Source of the DNA: Chrysomallon squamiferum
Lineage: Eukaryota > Animalia > Mollusca
Direction: 5' to 3'
Length of the DNA: 64,000 nucleotides
Assembly (NCBI GenBank): GCA_012295275.1
Contig: CM022672.1
Span: 5,890,001 to 5,954,000, forward strand
Every line of letters begins with the position of its first letter. The stretch's first letter is position 1. Under the pieces are notes generated by a model that searched no databases, was not told the origin of the DNA, and worked only from the letters and a program-made list of their open reading frames with translations. The translations under genes and the position numbers were made by a program. Of the stretch, positions 23,476-38,736 are shown piece after piece.

Positions 23476-24960
23476 GTGTCTCTTCAAAATGGTTTAATTT
23501 AAAGAAGAAACAAAATGAAAAATCCTTTGACTGATGGCCTGAAAAGGAGTATTTGTTTCAAAAAGAGAAAAGAAGAGTAAAAATCCTTTGATGGATGACT
23601 TAACACAAGGAAGGTCATTTCGTTTTGTTTTTATAAGGCTGCAAAATTTACAAACAGTTCACAAATAATAATAAAAAAATTCGAAAGACAATTTTATTAA
23701 AATGCTTTTAAAGAAAGATTTTGTGCATGGAATGCAGTCATTTTTGAAACTGTTCTCAGATTACGCTCGTTTAGCTGATAATTATGGCCTGCAATAAACA
23801 GAATCAAAATCTTTTTGTTGCTATGATGCATCTGTGGCAGCTAAACTAGCAGTTTTATGTTGATCTCGCCATGTAAAGTGACACTGATATTTTAAATGAT
23901 CAAAAAAGGTTTAAAATAAAAACATAAAATATCTCTTTTTAAGGGCTGTTATTTCAGAACGAAGAAAACGTTAAAATTAGGCCTGTGCTTATAACTACTT
24001 GTAATAAATTATTGTTCGAATTTGTCTTTATTTTTTTATTTATGCTTTAAACAGGGTTTTTTTTCTCTTTGTTTTTCAGCTTTCATATTTCGAATGGGTA
24101 TAATTGATATACTAGCACATAAACAACATACATAAAGAGAGACGTTCAGATTCACATATAAAACTAGACTGACAGGAAACGTTGCAGCATAAAGACAGAC
24201 ACACCAGCAGACAATACACATTCAGACAGACAGGCCATGGAACTATGTGATACATAAAGAGAGAGAGAGAAAAAAGAAGAGCAATCAATTTAAACAGAAA
24301 TCATTATGTATACACACAGACAGATACATACACAGATTCACACACACATATACACACACAAACACACACGAGCGCACATACACACGCAAACGCACATACA
24401 CGCACGCACACACGAAACTGCGCTATTAATGGGGACTAAGTCTTTCAAGATGTTTGTGTCTCTCTCTGCCAGTGTATATTACATTTCAGCTCACTCACAG
24501 AGTTTTACTGGTTGCCAGACAAACGTTTCACTTGTGCGAATGTCACAGAACAAAACGTTCAGAATATCTAATGCTTTTATTTATCTGATGGCATTAAACA
24601 TATTGTGATATTTGATAGTCTAACCTCATTATCTGATGGAAAAGTGAATGACAAGAAAAATTAATTTTGATGAACATAGACGTAACAATCTAGCCGGAAT
24701 AGAGTCTGGCGGAGAACAGATCCGACGGACAATTGGATGGATATACTCGGGAGAGTAACAGTCATACTTAGGTACGTGTTTGGAAACGTGATTCGCTTTA
24801 TATTTTATATTACTCCCCCCACACACACAGACACACATATAGGAACAAACACATTATATATACATATTTATGTCTTAAAATATCATGTTTTGTGTAAAGT
24901 ATTAAGTGAATTGATGAAAATTTTTTTTTTTTTTTTTTTTAAATAATATGAGATTTAAGT

Positions 24961-25256
24961 ATTAAACTAGAAATCTAAAATACTGACAAACAATAAACTA
25001 ACGTACTGATATAAATGTCTAAGAAAAAAGTATTCTTTTTGGGGAAAATGTTAAAGTATATATTTATTTTCTAGTTTATATAAATGATATTTTGGTTAAA
25101 CACATAAATTCTTGCACAAATGTATTTTAAAATCAACAAAAATAAATTCTTATATTTTTTTCTTAAAAGAGCAAATGATACCAATTCTTTATTTTTCTTT
25201 TGTCACATGTTTGACGTCAGTGACTGTGCTGTAATATAGTTGGACAGATTAGTGTA
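24961..25256. repeat. Rearranged copy of the LOXL upstream region (direct 14211-14290 joined to inverted 14210-13983); second copy at 34441-34735
   Basis: attaaactagaaatctaaaatactgacaaac... is direct, then the reverse complement runs to tgacgtcag...agattagtgta. Confidence 0.9.
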
Positions 25257-26043
25257 CACCTATATTATATACACACCTACACATAATTACACACATTCTG
25301 ACGTCAGCACATATTTATTACAAAGAGATTCACACAAACACACGTACATACACATACACGTATCCAAAAACACACAAACAAGCGTTATTGTAATATAAAT
25401 AAACACTTACATTGTACATTCATACAAACACACTTACTCAAACAGAAACTCACAAACACACACTAGACATGCACAGAAACACACGCACACACTTACACGT
25501 ACAAACGCACACGAGAAAGGGTTGAAACCCGAACATTTGGTGGATATTAATTTCTTATTTACTAACTAGAACATAAAGCTTAAAATATTCGCTCTCTTAA
25601 TTTCTGTAAATCATCGTTGTATCTTGTGATGAAGTGAAAACAAAGTAATAAAAGGTTTCTTTAATGAGATCAGGCTGAGAAAATTAATTTCAAAATGGCT
25701 AATCGAAGCTATCGTAAAACTTCAAAAACAATTTGGACGCTAACTGTGATTCATTTTCAGTATATTAGTTGTAGAACAATTCTTTTATTTCACAACATCT
25801 AAAAAGCTCTGAGTAAATGAAATGATGGAAGTTTATCGACACGTGTATCTTCGTTCTTTGGTTTGCTTTATTACTGACGTATTTGTGTTAATTAGAAAAC
25901 ACAGAAATATAATGAGCATGTTTCTTTTCATCTTCTTCGTTTGTTTTTCAGCTGAAATCATAAAGAAAGTAAACTGTGGTATTTGTAAGCATTAAATGCA
26001 TAGATTTTACAACAAAAAAATACAGTGTTAATTTAACAACTCG

Positions 26044-26167
<124 letters not shown>

Positions 26168-27125
26168 CCATACACATGCAAAACACATTCATACAAACAC
26201 ACTTATACACAATGCACAGACATACAATCAGAAATCAAACTGAATAAAAATGAAACTAAAAATTCGTTATCTATTCCTTATTACTGTAAAATCTACATCT
26301 ACCATCGAAGTAATGTGATAGTATCATTAAATAAAGCCATTTACCTTGAAAGCATTTAAAAAGACTGTAACAAAAATATTTCAAAAATACATTACATTAA
26401 TGTTGTAAAGATTATTAGATTTTTTTATGATGAATGTACATTATAGCTGTAATAAAATAAAAATAAAGTAATGACGCACGTAAGATAAAAAAAAACAATA
26501 ATAATAAAATAGAAAACAAGAAAGTAATTGTTTCGTTTTAATTCAGTAAAAAAAAAATAAACAAAGAGAACAAAAAAAAAAAAAAAATAAATAAATAAAA
26601 AAAAAAATATATAAAAAAAAGAAGAAAAAAAAGAAAAGAAAATTAAAAATTATATTGTAAAATCGAGAAAAAAAAAAAAAATAATAATAATAATAAAAAT
26701 AAATAAAAAAAAAATAAAAAAGAGAATGTGTGGGAAAATTAACGTAATTTTGAATCAAAGAAAAAATTCCAAAGAAAAAAAGTTTAAAAAAAGTAATAAA
26801 AAAAATTAAATTAAATAAATACAAGCCATAGAACAAAACAAATGAGGTGAATTGAAAAATTAAACGCACACCTATACCCAACCACCCACGCCCCGCCCAA
26901 AACACATACAAACTCACACACACACAAACACACTTAATAACAATTTGATAAAAGCTTCTAAAGAAACTAAATCAAATTTAGTAGCGAGAGCCACATTGCC
27001 TTAGAGTTAGAACAATAATAGTTTTTTGTATGTGTTAATTTAACATCTTTTGTAAAGGTTAGATTTATGGTTTCGACAGCCAAAAAATATAGCGTTGATT
27101 TAATCAGATTTAAACGTGCAGTGAA

Positions 27126-27236
<111 letters not shown>

Positions 27237-27786
27237 ATTAACCAGTGAAATTTAATTAAATTTAACAAAGTTTTCCAGCTGTTTAAGTTTTAAAAACTCT
27301 TTGCAGACAAGACACGACAACAGGTGGAAAGAGTTAAAAAAAATAAACACTAATCATCGTTAATCAAGATAAAGATGTCAGTGTGATTTCAGTTCAAGCA
27401 AAAAATAATAATAATAATAATAAAGCATCCTGCAGATGTTACAGATGTTTTATTAGTTTTAATCTGGATAAAAAGAAAAACAAATAACTCAAGAAAGTAA
27501 AATTTAAAAAAAGGTTACTACGTTAATAAATAAATAAATAAATAAATAATAAGTAAGCAACAAATAAATAAATAAGTGAATATACAAACAAAACAAACAA
27601 ATAACTAATTAACTAACTAAATGAATGAATGAATTAATAAATAAAATAAATAATAAATAATGATAACCTTTGCAAATGCAGCTACTTCTGGAAGAAGACA
27701 TATTGGTACATTTTGCTTAACACAACAAGCAATAAATGTATTTTTTATTCTGCTGTTTTCTGGCCTGGAATGATGACAGAACAGAA

Positions 27787-27894
27787 CATGTTTCTCGTGT
27801 TGGCTACAACAACGACAGGGACGTTATCGCTGTTCTTGATACTGCAGATTTTACTCCTCAAACTTCGGACGGTTTCAAAAGAGTTTTCATCCAA
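27787..27894 (-). pseudogene. Inverted fragment of the Ras-like GTPase (LDENSFETVRSLRSKICSIKNSDNVPVVVVANTRNM)
   Basis: Reverse complement matches 22988-23095 with 10 differences in 108 nt; G4 NKRD changed to NTRN; apparent frameshift just upstream. Confidence 0.88.
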
Positions 27895-29226
27895 TTAGAG
27901 TAGATACCCGCCACATAAAAGGGAACGATGAATTAGAAATTGATTTTTTCATCAGTTTTGTCTACGATCAAAAACACGTTATATTTGTAATGTTTTCCGC
28001 TGAAGAAACACTTTGACAACAATTTCATTTTTCCAACGTTTAGGGTTTTCACATGCTAGACATTTTTTAATTTAAAAAAGAATAAAAAAAAAAAAAAAAA
28101 AAAAAAAAAAACAAAAATCAAAACAAAAACAAATAAACAAACAAACAAGCAAACAAAAAACACAAAGAACAACAAAAAAAAAAAAAAAAAAATAAATAAA
28201 TAAAAAAATTAAACAAAGCAACAACAACAAAACAGAACAAAATAAATACATAACAATTATCTATATCCCAGTAAGATATATAAAATGTGAAAAGTTTTAT
28301 TTTAGTGTCAGTTGTCATGGTTTTGGTCGTTACTTTGATCTGAGAAGCTTTAAGCCACTGAGCCTTTGCAGATAATGCTGATATAAAGTTATATAATAAC
28401 TGTATGGACAGAAAAAAACTAAAATGTCGACATTTATCTAAAATCGTGTAAACATTAGACTCACATAAAATGAAACCTGCCAATTACCTGTTTAAAAATA
28501 AAAAAATAAAAAATAAAAAAAAATAAAAAAAAATAAAAAAAATAAAAATAAAACGAAAGAAAAACAACAAAAAAAAAACTATAAAAAAAAAATAATAATA
28601 ATAATAAAAAAGTTTAAATTAAATAAAAATTAAAAATTAAAATAAACAAAAACAATAGCAAAAATATTGATAAATAATAATAATATAAAAAATAGATTGT
28701 ACGTCTGTATGCAAGTGTGAATGCATGTGTGTGTACGTATGTTGGTATGTATGAAAAGACTCAAACGTAGAAAGAATACAAGAACTGTTTCGACAACTCC
28801 TTATCGCCATTAAAATCAGCTGTGAAAAACTGAAACCAGTTTGAAGCCAATACTTCCAGATGCAAATAAAATTTCTGACAATAGAAATATTTTACTCGTC
28901 TACTTGCGTATATACATGCAGTCATATATATACATATTTCTCACACACATTCAAGAATACATACAAAAATCGATATATAAACACAAACAACATGCACATC
29001 TGCAAACGCCATATTGGATATTTGTCGGAACTAACTACCAAATAATTTACACATAAAATCATACTTAAAATTTCACGTGTATGCTTGTTTGATGGAGTAT
29101 TTAAAAAGTGTTTGTGGTTTGTTTGTTTTCGGTTAGGTCACATATATCCAGTGAACGAAGAACATTTTGATAACAGATATTACCAATATTATTATGGCAC
29201 AATGTGTTTGTTTAACTATTCCTTTA

Positions 29227-29272
<46 letters not shown>

Positions 29273-29989
29273 GACTTTTAGGATTAATAGACTTAACTAT
29301 AAAATAAATAAAAGTTATAGTCTGCTTTTTCATGAAGAAAAAATAAAAATAACAATACAAATAAAAATAGAATAAATTTAAAAATCCGATTGCAGTCAGT
29401 TTTGTAACCAACATTTTTTCGGTCAAAACATGCATCACGCGATTCATTTGAACTATTTTCCTTTGATGTTTACTGAAATAATAATATGGTTTATCACAGG
29501 GAACATGCGATACGTGTGTCAAGTATCTGGATCAGTAACATGGTTTATTTTATTTTATTTGAAAACAGAATGTCTAATACACTATTTTAAAATATGTAAA
29601 AAATAAATATATAAATAAATAAATATATAAATGATAATATGTAATACCGATAATAATAATAACAATAATAATAATAATGATGATAATAATAATACGTAAT
29701 ACTGATAATAATAATAATAATAATAATAATCATAATAATAATAATAATAATTTCACAAAAGCCACATGTCAGGATTGCTCTATCAGAATGAATACAAGTC
29801 AGATTCGTGGCTTATATTTAACGATTGTGTAAGAGATGAAACCCGCTACAATTATCTCGTTATATCAGTGATAGGTTGGTGTCTTGTCTCTTTAATCTTC
29901 AACTATATGCTTACGTATAATTTGTGAGGCAGAATGAGAAATTCGTAACTTTTTTCACCCATTTATTCTCCTTCACTTTTGTTCCTTTC

Positions 29990-30049
<60 letters not shown>

Positions 30050-30089
30050 CTGGAAAGTTGTGCGAAAATATACAATATATCTTATTAAG

Positions 30090-30127
<38 letters not shown>

Positions 30128-30531
30128 TTTTTTTTTTTTTTTTTTTTCTGGAAAGTTGTGCGAAAATTTACAACATATCTTATTAAGTTTTTATTATTAT
30201 TATTTTTAATTTTTTTTTTTTTCTGGAAAGTTGTGCGAAAATATACAACATATCTTATTAAGTTTTTATAAATCTATTTTATGGTGGGAAACAATGTAAC
30301 GAACTCTGGAAACTTCAAACTTTTGAACCAGGTTTCATTTCTTTAAGAGTTTATCTAGTTAAATGTTTTGAATTCATTCACTTCAAAGTTGTTATGACAC
30401 CAAACACTTTGTAAAAGAGAACATTTTTGTCTTTAGTTACAGTTATTAAAACGTCGCTCAGTTTTGCTACTCATTTTTCTTTGAAGAATGGTTCATTATA
30501 TAACCACCCAAATCTTTATATCTCAAAAATA

Positions 30532-30568
<37 letters not shown>

Positions 30569-30770
30569 AATATTGATAGATAGATAGATAGATAGATATG
30601 CATTATATTTATCCTATTTCTCTTTATTTAGGTAACTATAACATCATTTTATCCAGTATGTCCAGTACCCAAGATTTTCATTTGCGCCATGGTACATAAC
30701 CGAACATATGTAATGTTAAATAAAACATAAATCTACAGCCAGTTCTAAGTATTCTTTTATATATATATAC

Positions 30771-30865
<95 letters not shown>

Positions 30866-31810
30866 ATGACTTTTAATAACGAATCAGTGGACACTGGGAA
30901 GTTTTAATGTTCTTATGTCGCGCAAGGAGAATTAATCATTTGTACAGTTGTCTTATCTTTTCACAGTTAATTATAAATAAGAGGCGACAACAAGATGCGA
31001 TCCTAAAACACAAGACCGTAACATCGATGTTTTCACAAAAAAAAGTTACCAAAATATCATCACGCCGGTGTGGATTTCTGTGTTTCACGTTTAATAGAAT
31101 ACTGATAGTAAACGTCCTTGACCTGTCGCAAGAACTTTAACTAGAGGTCACAGTCAAACTGAGTTCATTTCTGATGAAATTGGAACTGTGACCATTAAAA
31201 ATAAAAAAAAAGGGGGGAAAAAAAAGAATTGGTTGTTTGTGTACGTGCATTTGTATCATGGCAGATGTTTAAACAGTAAAAGGACATTTTCTTGATTGAA
31301 AACACGAACCGACTTGAAAGAGAGAAACTAATCGAAACAGGGTGTTAGGTTTTTAAAGTCTTATAGTCTTAGGTAGTTCAGACATAATGACAAGTGACAT
31401 TAGAAGATAACGTTTAATTCAACTTTATAGCTTTGAAGCTGTTTTTTTTTTTTTTTTTTTTTTTTTCATGTATGTGTACGTGTAGGAGAGAGTATCTATC
31501 TATATATCTATCTATCAATCCATTTCTCTATCTATCTATCATTAATATATATATATATATAAACATATTAGAAGAACAAAAATTGTTTGCACGCACACAG
31601 ATATATAATCACAAATACAAACACACTACACCGATACACACTATAAACCAAGCTGAAACCCGCAACAACAGTAACAATTCTTAGGCGAGCGCATAATTAC
31701 ACCATACACATATACATACACATATACACACAGTTTATAGAGAGAGAGAGAGATAGATAGATATAGATAAATATAAAATTTTGTTTATTGGTTGGTTTTG
31801 TATATGTAAT

Positions 31811-31850
<40 letters not shown>

Positions 31851-31949
31851 GATAGATAGTTAAATATAAAATTATGTGTATGGGTTGGTTGTGTGTGCAT
31901 ATGTATGGATTTGTATATATAAAGGTATATATGTATATTTGTATGTAAG

Positions 31950-32056
<107 letters not shown>

Positions 32057-32211
32057 TCAGAGAATATTCCAAATCGTCTGCAACGGTTAACACCGAGTGT
32101 GATCAACAATCGTACATTTTTGTAACCATCTTCAGTAAAGGTGCTAATAACAAGACGACACACAAATAAACGACAGCAATGCAGTTAGTTCTCTTCCAGT
32201 AATTCTTCAAA

Positions 32212-32829
32212 ATGAACGCTGAAAGCGCCAGGTTTAGAATGAAGGAGATGAGAGAGAAACACGCGTGCCGTGTGTTAGTTCTAGGCGACTGCAGGGTTGG
32301 AAAAAGCACGATAATTCACCAGTTTTTGAAGGGAGAACTACTCTTGGACAAGACGAAGACGCTGCTGTCACACCAAAAGATTTTCACGCAAAAGACGTCG
32401 GAGCTGACGCTGAACATCCTGGAGTTCGGCGGCAACAAAAGCAACGTTCTTCGCGACCACAACATCCACAGCGCCGACGCGTTCGTCTTGGTGTATTCGT
32501 TACTGGACGAAAACTCTTTCGAAACCGTCCGAAGTTTGCGGAGTAAAATCTGCAGTATCAAGAACAGCGAGAACGTCCCTGTCGTTGTTGTGGCCAACAA
32601 GAGGGACACGTGGAGGAGAGGTGTGTCGATGTGGAGGACTGTGGCGGAGTTCACGACGTGCATGGACTGGGAGTGGGTACATACTGAGCTGTCTGCCACA
32701 ACGTTTGACAAAATCGCCGAGGTTTTTCAAAACGTTCTCACGCAGGCTGGAATTGACTTCTCGCTCACCAGGTCCCTGGAACCAAGATTTCATTCTCTAG
32801 TCCGACGATTTTCAATTAGAAAAAAGTAA
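32212..32829 (+). CDS. Intronless atypical Ras-family small GTPase, 205 aa, copy 2
   Basis: Protein identical to copy 1; one synonymous difference seen (His17 CAT vs CAC). Confidence 0.88.
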   Translation: MNAESARFRMKEMREKHACRVLVLGDCRVGKSTIIHQFLKGELLLDKTKTLLSHQKIFTQKTSELTLNILEFGGNKSNVLRDHNIHSADAFVLVYSLLDENSFETVRSLRSKICSIKNSENVPVVVVANKRDTWRRGVSMWRTVAEFTTCMDWEWVHTELSATTFDKIAEVFQNVLTQAGIDFSLTRSLEPRFHSLVRRFSIRKK

Positions 32830-32886
32830 CTTTGCAGTAATCAGAAATATAGATACAATTATACTCTCTTTGTTGTTTATATAATT

Positions 32887-32971
<85 letters not shown>

Positions 32972-35527
32972 AGTTTATGTGTCTCTTCAAAATGGTTTAA
33001 TTTAAAGAAGAAACAAAATGAAAAATCCTTTGACTGATGGCCTGAAAAGGAGTATTTGTTTCAAAAAGAGAAAAGAAGAGTAAAAATCCTTTGATGGATG
33101 ACTTAACACAAGGAAGGTCATTTCGTTTTGTTTTTATAAGGCTGCAAAATTTACAAACAGTTCACAAATAATAATAAAAATTCGAAAGACAATTTTATTA
33201 AAATGCTTTTAAAGAAAGATTTTGTGCATGGAATGCAGTCATTTTTGAAACTGTTCTCAGATTACGCTCGTTTAGCTGATAATTATGGCCTGCAATAAAC
33301 AGAATCAAAATCTTTGTTGCTATGATGCATCTGTGGCAGCTAAACTAGCAGTTTTTATGTTGATCTCGCCATGTAAAGTGACACTGATATTTTAAATGAT
33401 CAAAAAAGGTTTAAAATAAAAACATAAAATATCTCTTTTTAAGGGCTGTTATTTCAGAACGAAGAAAACGTTAAAATTAGGCCTGTGCTTATAACTACTT
33501 GTAATAAATTATTGTTCGAATTTGTCTTTATTTTTTTATTTATGCTTTAAACAGGGTTTTTTTTCTCTTTGTTTTTCAGCTTTCATATTTCGAATGGGTA
33601 TAATTGATATACTAGCACATAAACAACATACATAAAGAGAGACGTTCAGATTCACATATAAAACTAGACTGACAGGAAACGTTGCAGCATAAAGACAGAC
33701 ACACCAGCAGACAATACACATGTGATACATAAAGAGAGAGAGAGAAAAAAGAAGAGCAATCAATTTAAACAGAAATCATTATGTATACACACAGACAGAT
33801 ACATACACAGATTCACACACACATATACACACACAAACACACACGAGCGCACATACACACGCAAACGCACATACACGCACGCACACACGAAACTGCGCTA
33901 TTAATGGGGACTAAGTCTTTCAAGATGTTTGTGTCTCTCTCTGCCAGTGTATATTACATTTCAGCTCACTTACAGAGTTTTACTGGTTGCCAGACAAACG
34001 TTTCACTTGTGCGAATGTCACAGAACAAAACGTTCAGAATATCTAATGCTTTTATTTATCTGATGGCATTAAACATATTGTGATATTTGATAGTCTAACC
34101 TCATTATCTGATGGAAAAGTGAATGACAAGAAAAATTAATTTTGATGAACATAGACGTAACAATCTAGCCGGAATAGAGTCTGGCGGAGAACAGATCCGA
34201 CGGACAATTGGATGGATATACTCGGGAGAGTAACAGTCATACTTAGGTACGTGTTTGGAAACGTGATTCGCTTTATATTTTATATTACTCCCCCCCCACA
34301 CACAGACACACATATAGGAACAAACACATTATATATACATATTTATGTCTTAAAATATCATGTTTTGTGTAAAGTATTAAGTGAATTGATGAAAATACTT
34401 TTTTTTTTTTTTTTTTTTTTAAATAATATGAGATTTAAGTATTAAACTAGAAATCTAAAATACTGACAAACAATAAACTAACGTACTGATATAAATGTCT
34501 AAGAAAAAAGTATTCTTTTTGGGGAAAATGTTAAAGTATATATTTATTTTCTAGTTTATATAAATGATATTTTGGTTAAACACATAAATTCTTGCACAAA
34601 TGTATTTTAAAATCAACAAAAATAAATTCTTATATTTTTTCTTAAAAGAGCAAATGATACCAATTCTTTATTTTTCTTTGTCACATGTTTGACGTCAGTG
34701 ACTGTGCTGTAATATAGTTGGACAGATTAGTGTACACCTATATTATATACACACCTACACATAATTACACACATTCTGACGTCAGCACATATTTATTACA
34801 AAGAGATTCACACAAACACACGTACATACACATACACGTATCCAAAAACACACAAACAAGCGTTATTGTAATATAAATAAACACTTACATTGTACATTCA
34901 TACAAACACACTTACTCAAACAGAAACTCACAAACACACACTAGACATGCACAGAAACACACGCACACACTTACACGTACAAACGCACACGAGAAAGGGT
35001 TGAAACCCGAACATTTGGTGGATATTAATTTCTTATTTACTAACTAGAACATAAAGCTTAAAATATTCGCTCTCTTAATTTCTGTAAATCATCGTTGTAT
35101 CTTGTGATGAAGTGAAAACAAAGTAATAAAAGGTTTCTTTAATGAGGTCAGGCTGAGAAAATTAATTTCAAAATGGCTAATCGAAGCTATCGTAAAACTT
35201 CAAAAACAATTTGGACGCTAACTATGATTCATTTTCAGTATATTAGTTGTAGAACAATTCTTTTATTTCACAACATCTAAAAAGCTCTGAGTAAATGAAA
35301 TGATGGAAGTTTAACGACACGTGTATCTTCGTTCTTTGGTTTGCTTTATTACTGACGTATTTGTGTTAATTAGAAAACACAGAAATATAATGAGCATGTT
35401 TCTTTTCATCTTCTTCGTTTGTTTTTCAGCTGAAATCATAAAGAAAGTAAACTGTGGTATTTGTAAGCATTAAATGCATAGATTTTACAACAAAAAAATA
35501 CAGTGTTAATTTAACAACTCGAGTCTG

Positions 35528-35589
<62 letters not shown>

Positions 35590-36554
35590 CCATACACATG
35601 CAAAACACATTCATACAAACACACTTATACACAATGCACAGACATACAATCAGAAATCAAACTGAATAAAAATGAAACTAAAAATTCGTTATCTATTCCT
35701 TATTACTGTAAAATCTACATCTACCATCGAAGTAATGTGATAGTATCATTAAATAAAGCCATTTACCTTGAAAGCATTTAAAAAGACTGTAACAAAAATA
35801 TTTCAAAAATACATTACATTAATGTTGTAAAGATTATTAGATTTTTTTATGATGAATGTACATTATAGCTGTAATAAAATAAAAATAAAGTAATGACGCA
35901 CGTAAGATAAAAAAAACAATAATAATAAAATAAAAAACAAGAAAGTAATTGTTTCGTTTTAATTCAGTAAAAAAAAAATAAACAAAGAGAACAAAAAAAA
36001 AAAAAAAAAAAAAAAATAAATAAATAAAAAAAAATAAAAAAAAAAAAAAAAAAAAAATAAAAGAAAATTAAAAATTATATTGTAAAATCGAGAAAAAAAA
36101 AAAAAAAAAAAAATAATAATAATAAAAATAAAAAAAAAAAAATAAAAAAGAGAATGTGTGGGAAAATTAACGTAATTTTGAATCAAAAAAAAAATTCCAA
36201 AAAAAAAAAGTTTAAAAAAAGTAATAAAAAAAAAATTAAATTAAATAAATACAAGCCATAGAACAAAACAAATGAGGTGAATTGAAAAATTAAACGCACA
36301 CCTATACCCAACCACCCACGCCCCGCCCAAAACACATACAAACTCACACACACACAAACACACTTAATAACAATTTGATAAAAGCTTCTAAAGAAACTAA
36401 ATCAAATTTAGTAGCGAGAGCCACATTGCCTTAGAGTTAGAACAATAATAGTTTTTTGTATGTGTTAATTTAACATCTTTTGTAAAGGTTAGATTTATGG
36501 TTTCGGCAGCCAAAAAATATAGCGTTGATTTAATCAGATTTAAACGTGCAGTGA

Positions 36555-36684
<130 letters not shown>

Positions 36685-36974
36685 ATTAACCAGTGAAATT
36701 TAATTAAATTTAACAAAGTTTTCCAGCTGTTTAAGTTTTAAAAACTCTTTGCAGACAAGACACGACAACAGGTGGAAAGAGTTAAAAAAAATAAACACTA
36801 ATCATCGTTAATCAAGATAAAGATGTCAGTGTGATTTCAGTTCAAGCAAAAAATAATAATAATAATAATAAAGCATCCTGCAGATGTTACAGATGTTTTA
36901 TTAGTTTTAATCTGGATAAAAAGAAAAACAAATAACTCAAGAAAGTAAAATTTAAAAAAAGGTTACTACGTTAA

Positions 36975-37006
<32 letters not shown>

Positions 37007-37242
37007 AAGTAAGCAACAAATAAATAAATAAGTGAATATACAAACAAAACAAACAAATAACTAATTAACTAACTAAATGAATGAATGAATTAATAAATAA
37101 AATAAATAATAAATAATGATAACCTTTGCAAATGCAGCTACTTCTGGAAGAAGACATATTGGTACATTTTTGCTTAACACAACAAGCAATAAATGTATTT
37201 TTATTCTGCTGTTTTCTGGCCTGGAATGATGACAGAACAGAA

Positions 37243-37350
37243 CATGTTTCTCGTGTTGGCTACAACAACGACAGGGACGTTATCGCTGTTCTTGATACTG
37301 CAGATTTTACTCCTCAAACTTCGGACGGTTTCAAAAGAGTTTTCATCCAA
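37243..37350 (-). pseudogene. Inverted Ras-like GTPase fragment, copy 2
   Basis: Same sequence as 27787-27894. Confidence 0.88.
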
Positions 37351-38161
37351 TTAGAGTAGATACCCGCCACATAAAAGGGAACGATGAATTAGAAATTGAT
37401 TTTTTCATCAGTTTTGTCTACGATCAAAACACGTTATATTTGTAATGTTTTCCGCTGAAGAAACACTTTGACAACAATTTCATTTTTCCAACGTTTAGGG
37501 TTTTCACATGCTAGACATTTTTTAATTTAAAAAAAGAATAAAAAAAAAAAAAAAAAAGAAAAACAAAAATCAAACAAAAAACAAATAAACAAACAAACAA
37601 GCAAACAAAAAACACAAAGAACAACAAAAAATAAAAAATAAAAAAAATAAATAAATAAAAAATTAAACAAAGCAACAACAACAAAACAGAACAAAATAAA
37701 TACATAACAATTATCTATATCCCAGTAAGATATATAAAATGTGAAAAGTTTTATTTTAGTGTCAGTTGTCATGGTTTGGTCGTTACTTTGATCTGAGAAG
37801 CTTTAAGCCACTGAGCCTTTGCAGATAATGCTGATATAAAGTTATATAATAACTGTATGGACAGAAAAAAACTAAAATGTCGACATTTATCTAAAATCGT
37901 GTAAACATTAGACTCACATAAAATGAAACCTGCCAATTACCTGTTTAAGCAAGATGGTTGTTAAAAAAATAAATAAATAAATAAATAAATAAATAAAAAG
38001 AGACACTGTGTCCGATAATTCATCACACGAAGTCATAAATGGATCGTAATAATCTGCAGTTCGAATGTGTGTCAAGGCTGAGGTTACGACTGAATGCCCA
38101 GAGGCTCTTGCGCAGTTGATGCGACAGCTGAGCAGGTGTTCATTCTCATTATCGTTACGCG

Positions 38162-38471
38162 CGGTGATAGTCCGTGACAGAACCTCAACTGATTGCAAGA
38201 CGGTGATAGTCCGTGACAGAACCTCAACTGATTGCAAGACGGTGATAGTCCGTGACAGAACCTCAACTGATTGCAAGACGGTGTAACTCCGTGACAGAAC
38301 CTCAACTGATTGCAAGACGGTGTAACTCCGTGACAGAACGCAACTGATTGCAAGACGGTGTAACTCCGTGACAGAACCTCAACTGATTGCAAGACGGTGT
38401 TACTCCGTGACAGAATCTCAACTGATTGCAAGACGGTGTTACTCCGTGACAGAACGCAACTGATTGCAAGA
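38162..38471. repeat. 39-bp minisatellite, 8 units
   Basis: cggtg(atag/taac/ttac)tccgtgacagaacctcaactgattgcaaga; units 5 and 8 are 38 bp. Confidence 0.95.
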
Positions 38472-38687
38472 CGCTGTATTACGTAAAACATTCTTTCCAT
38501 TTTTTCTTACGATTATTATCACGTAAAAAAAAAAAAAAAAAAAATGATAATAAAAATAATAATAATAATAATAATAAAAAAATATTAATAATACAAATTA
38601 AAAAAAAAATAATAATAATAAAAATAAAAATAATAATAATAAATATTATAATAATGAAAAAGAAGGAATAATAATGATAAAAACTAA

Positions 38688-38736
<49 letters not shown>

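Noticed and set aside
27905-28050. Minus-strand NVGK as a P-loop remnant extending the GTPase pseudogene
   Set aside because: Only ~10 nt match, wrong spacing to DENS, and the intervening sequence is unrelated.
38162-38471. 39-bp array as a CRISPR array or repeat-protein CDS (ORFs 37914..38315, 38084..38500)
   Set aside because: No unique spacers, eukaryotic context and no cas genes; the ORFs arise because 39 is a multiple of 3 and shift frame at the 38-bp units.
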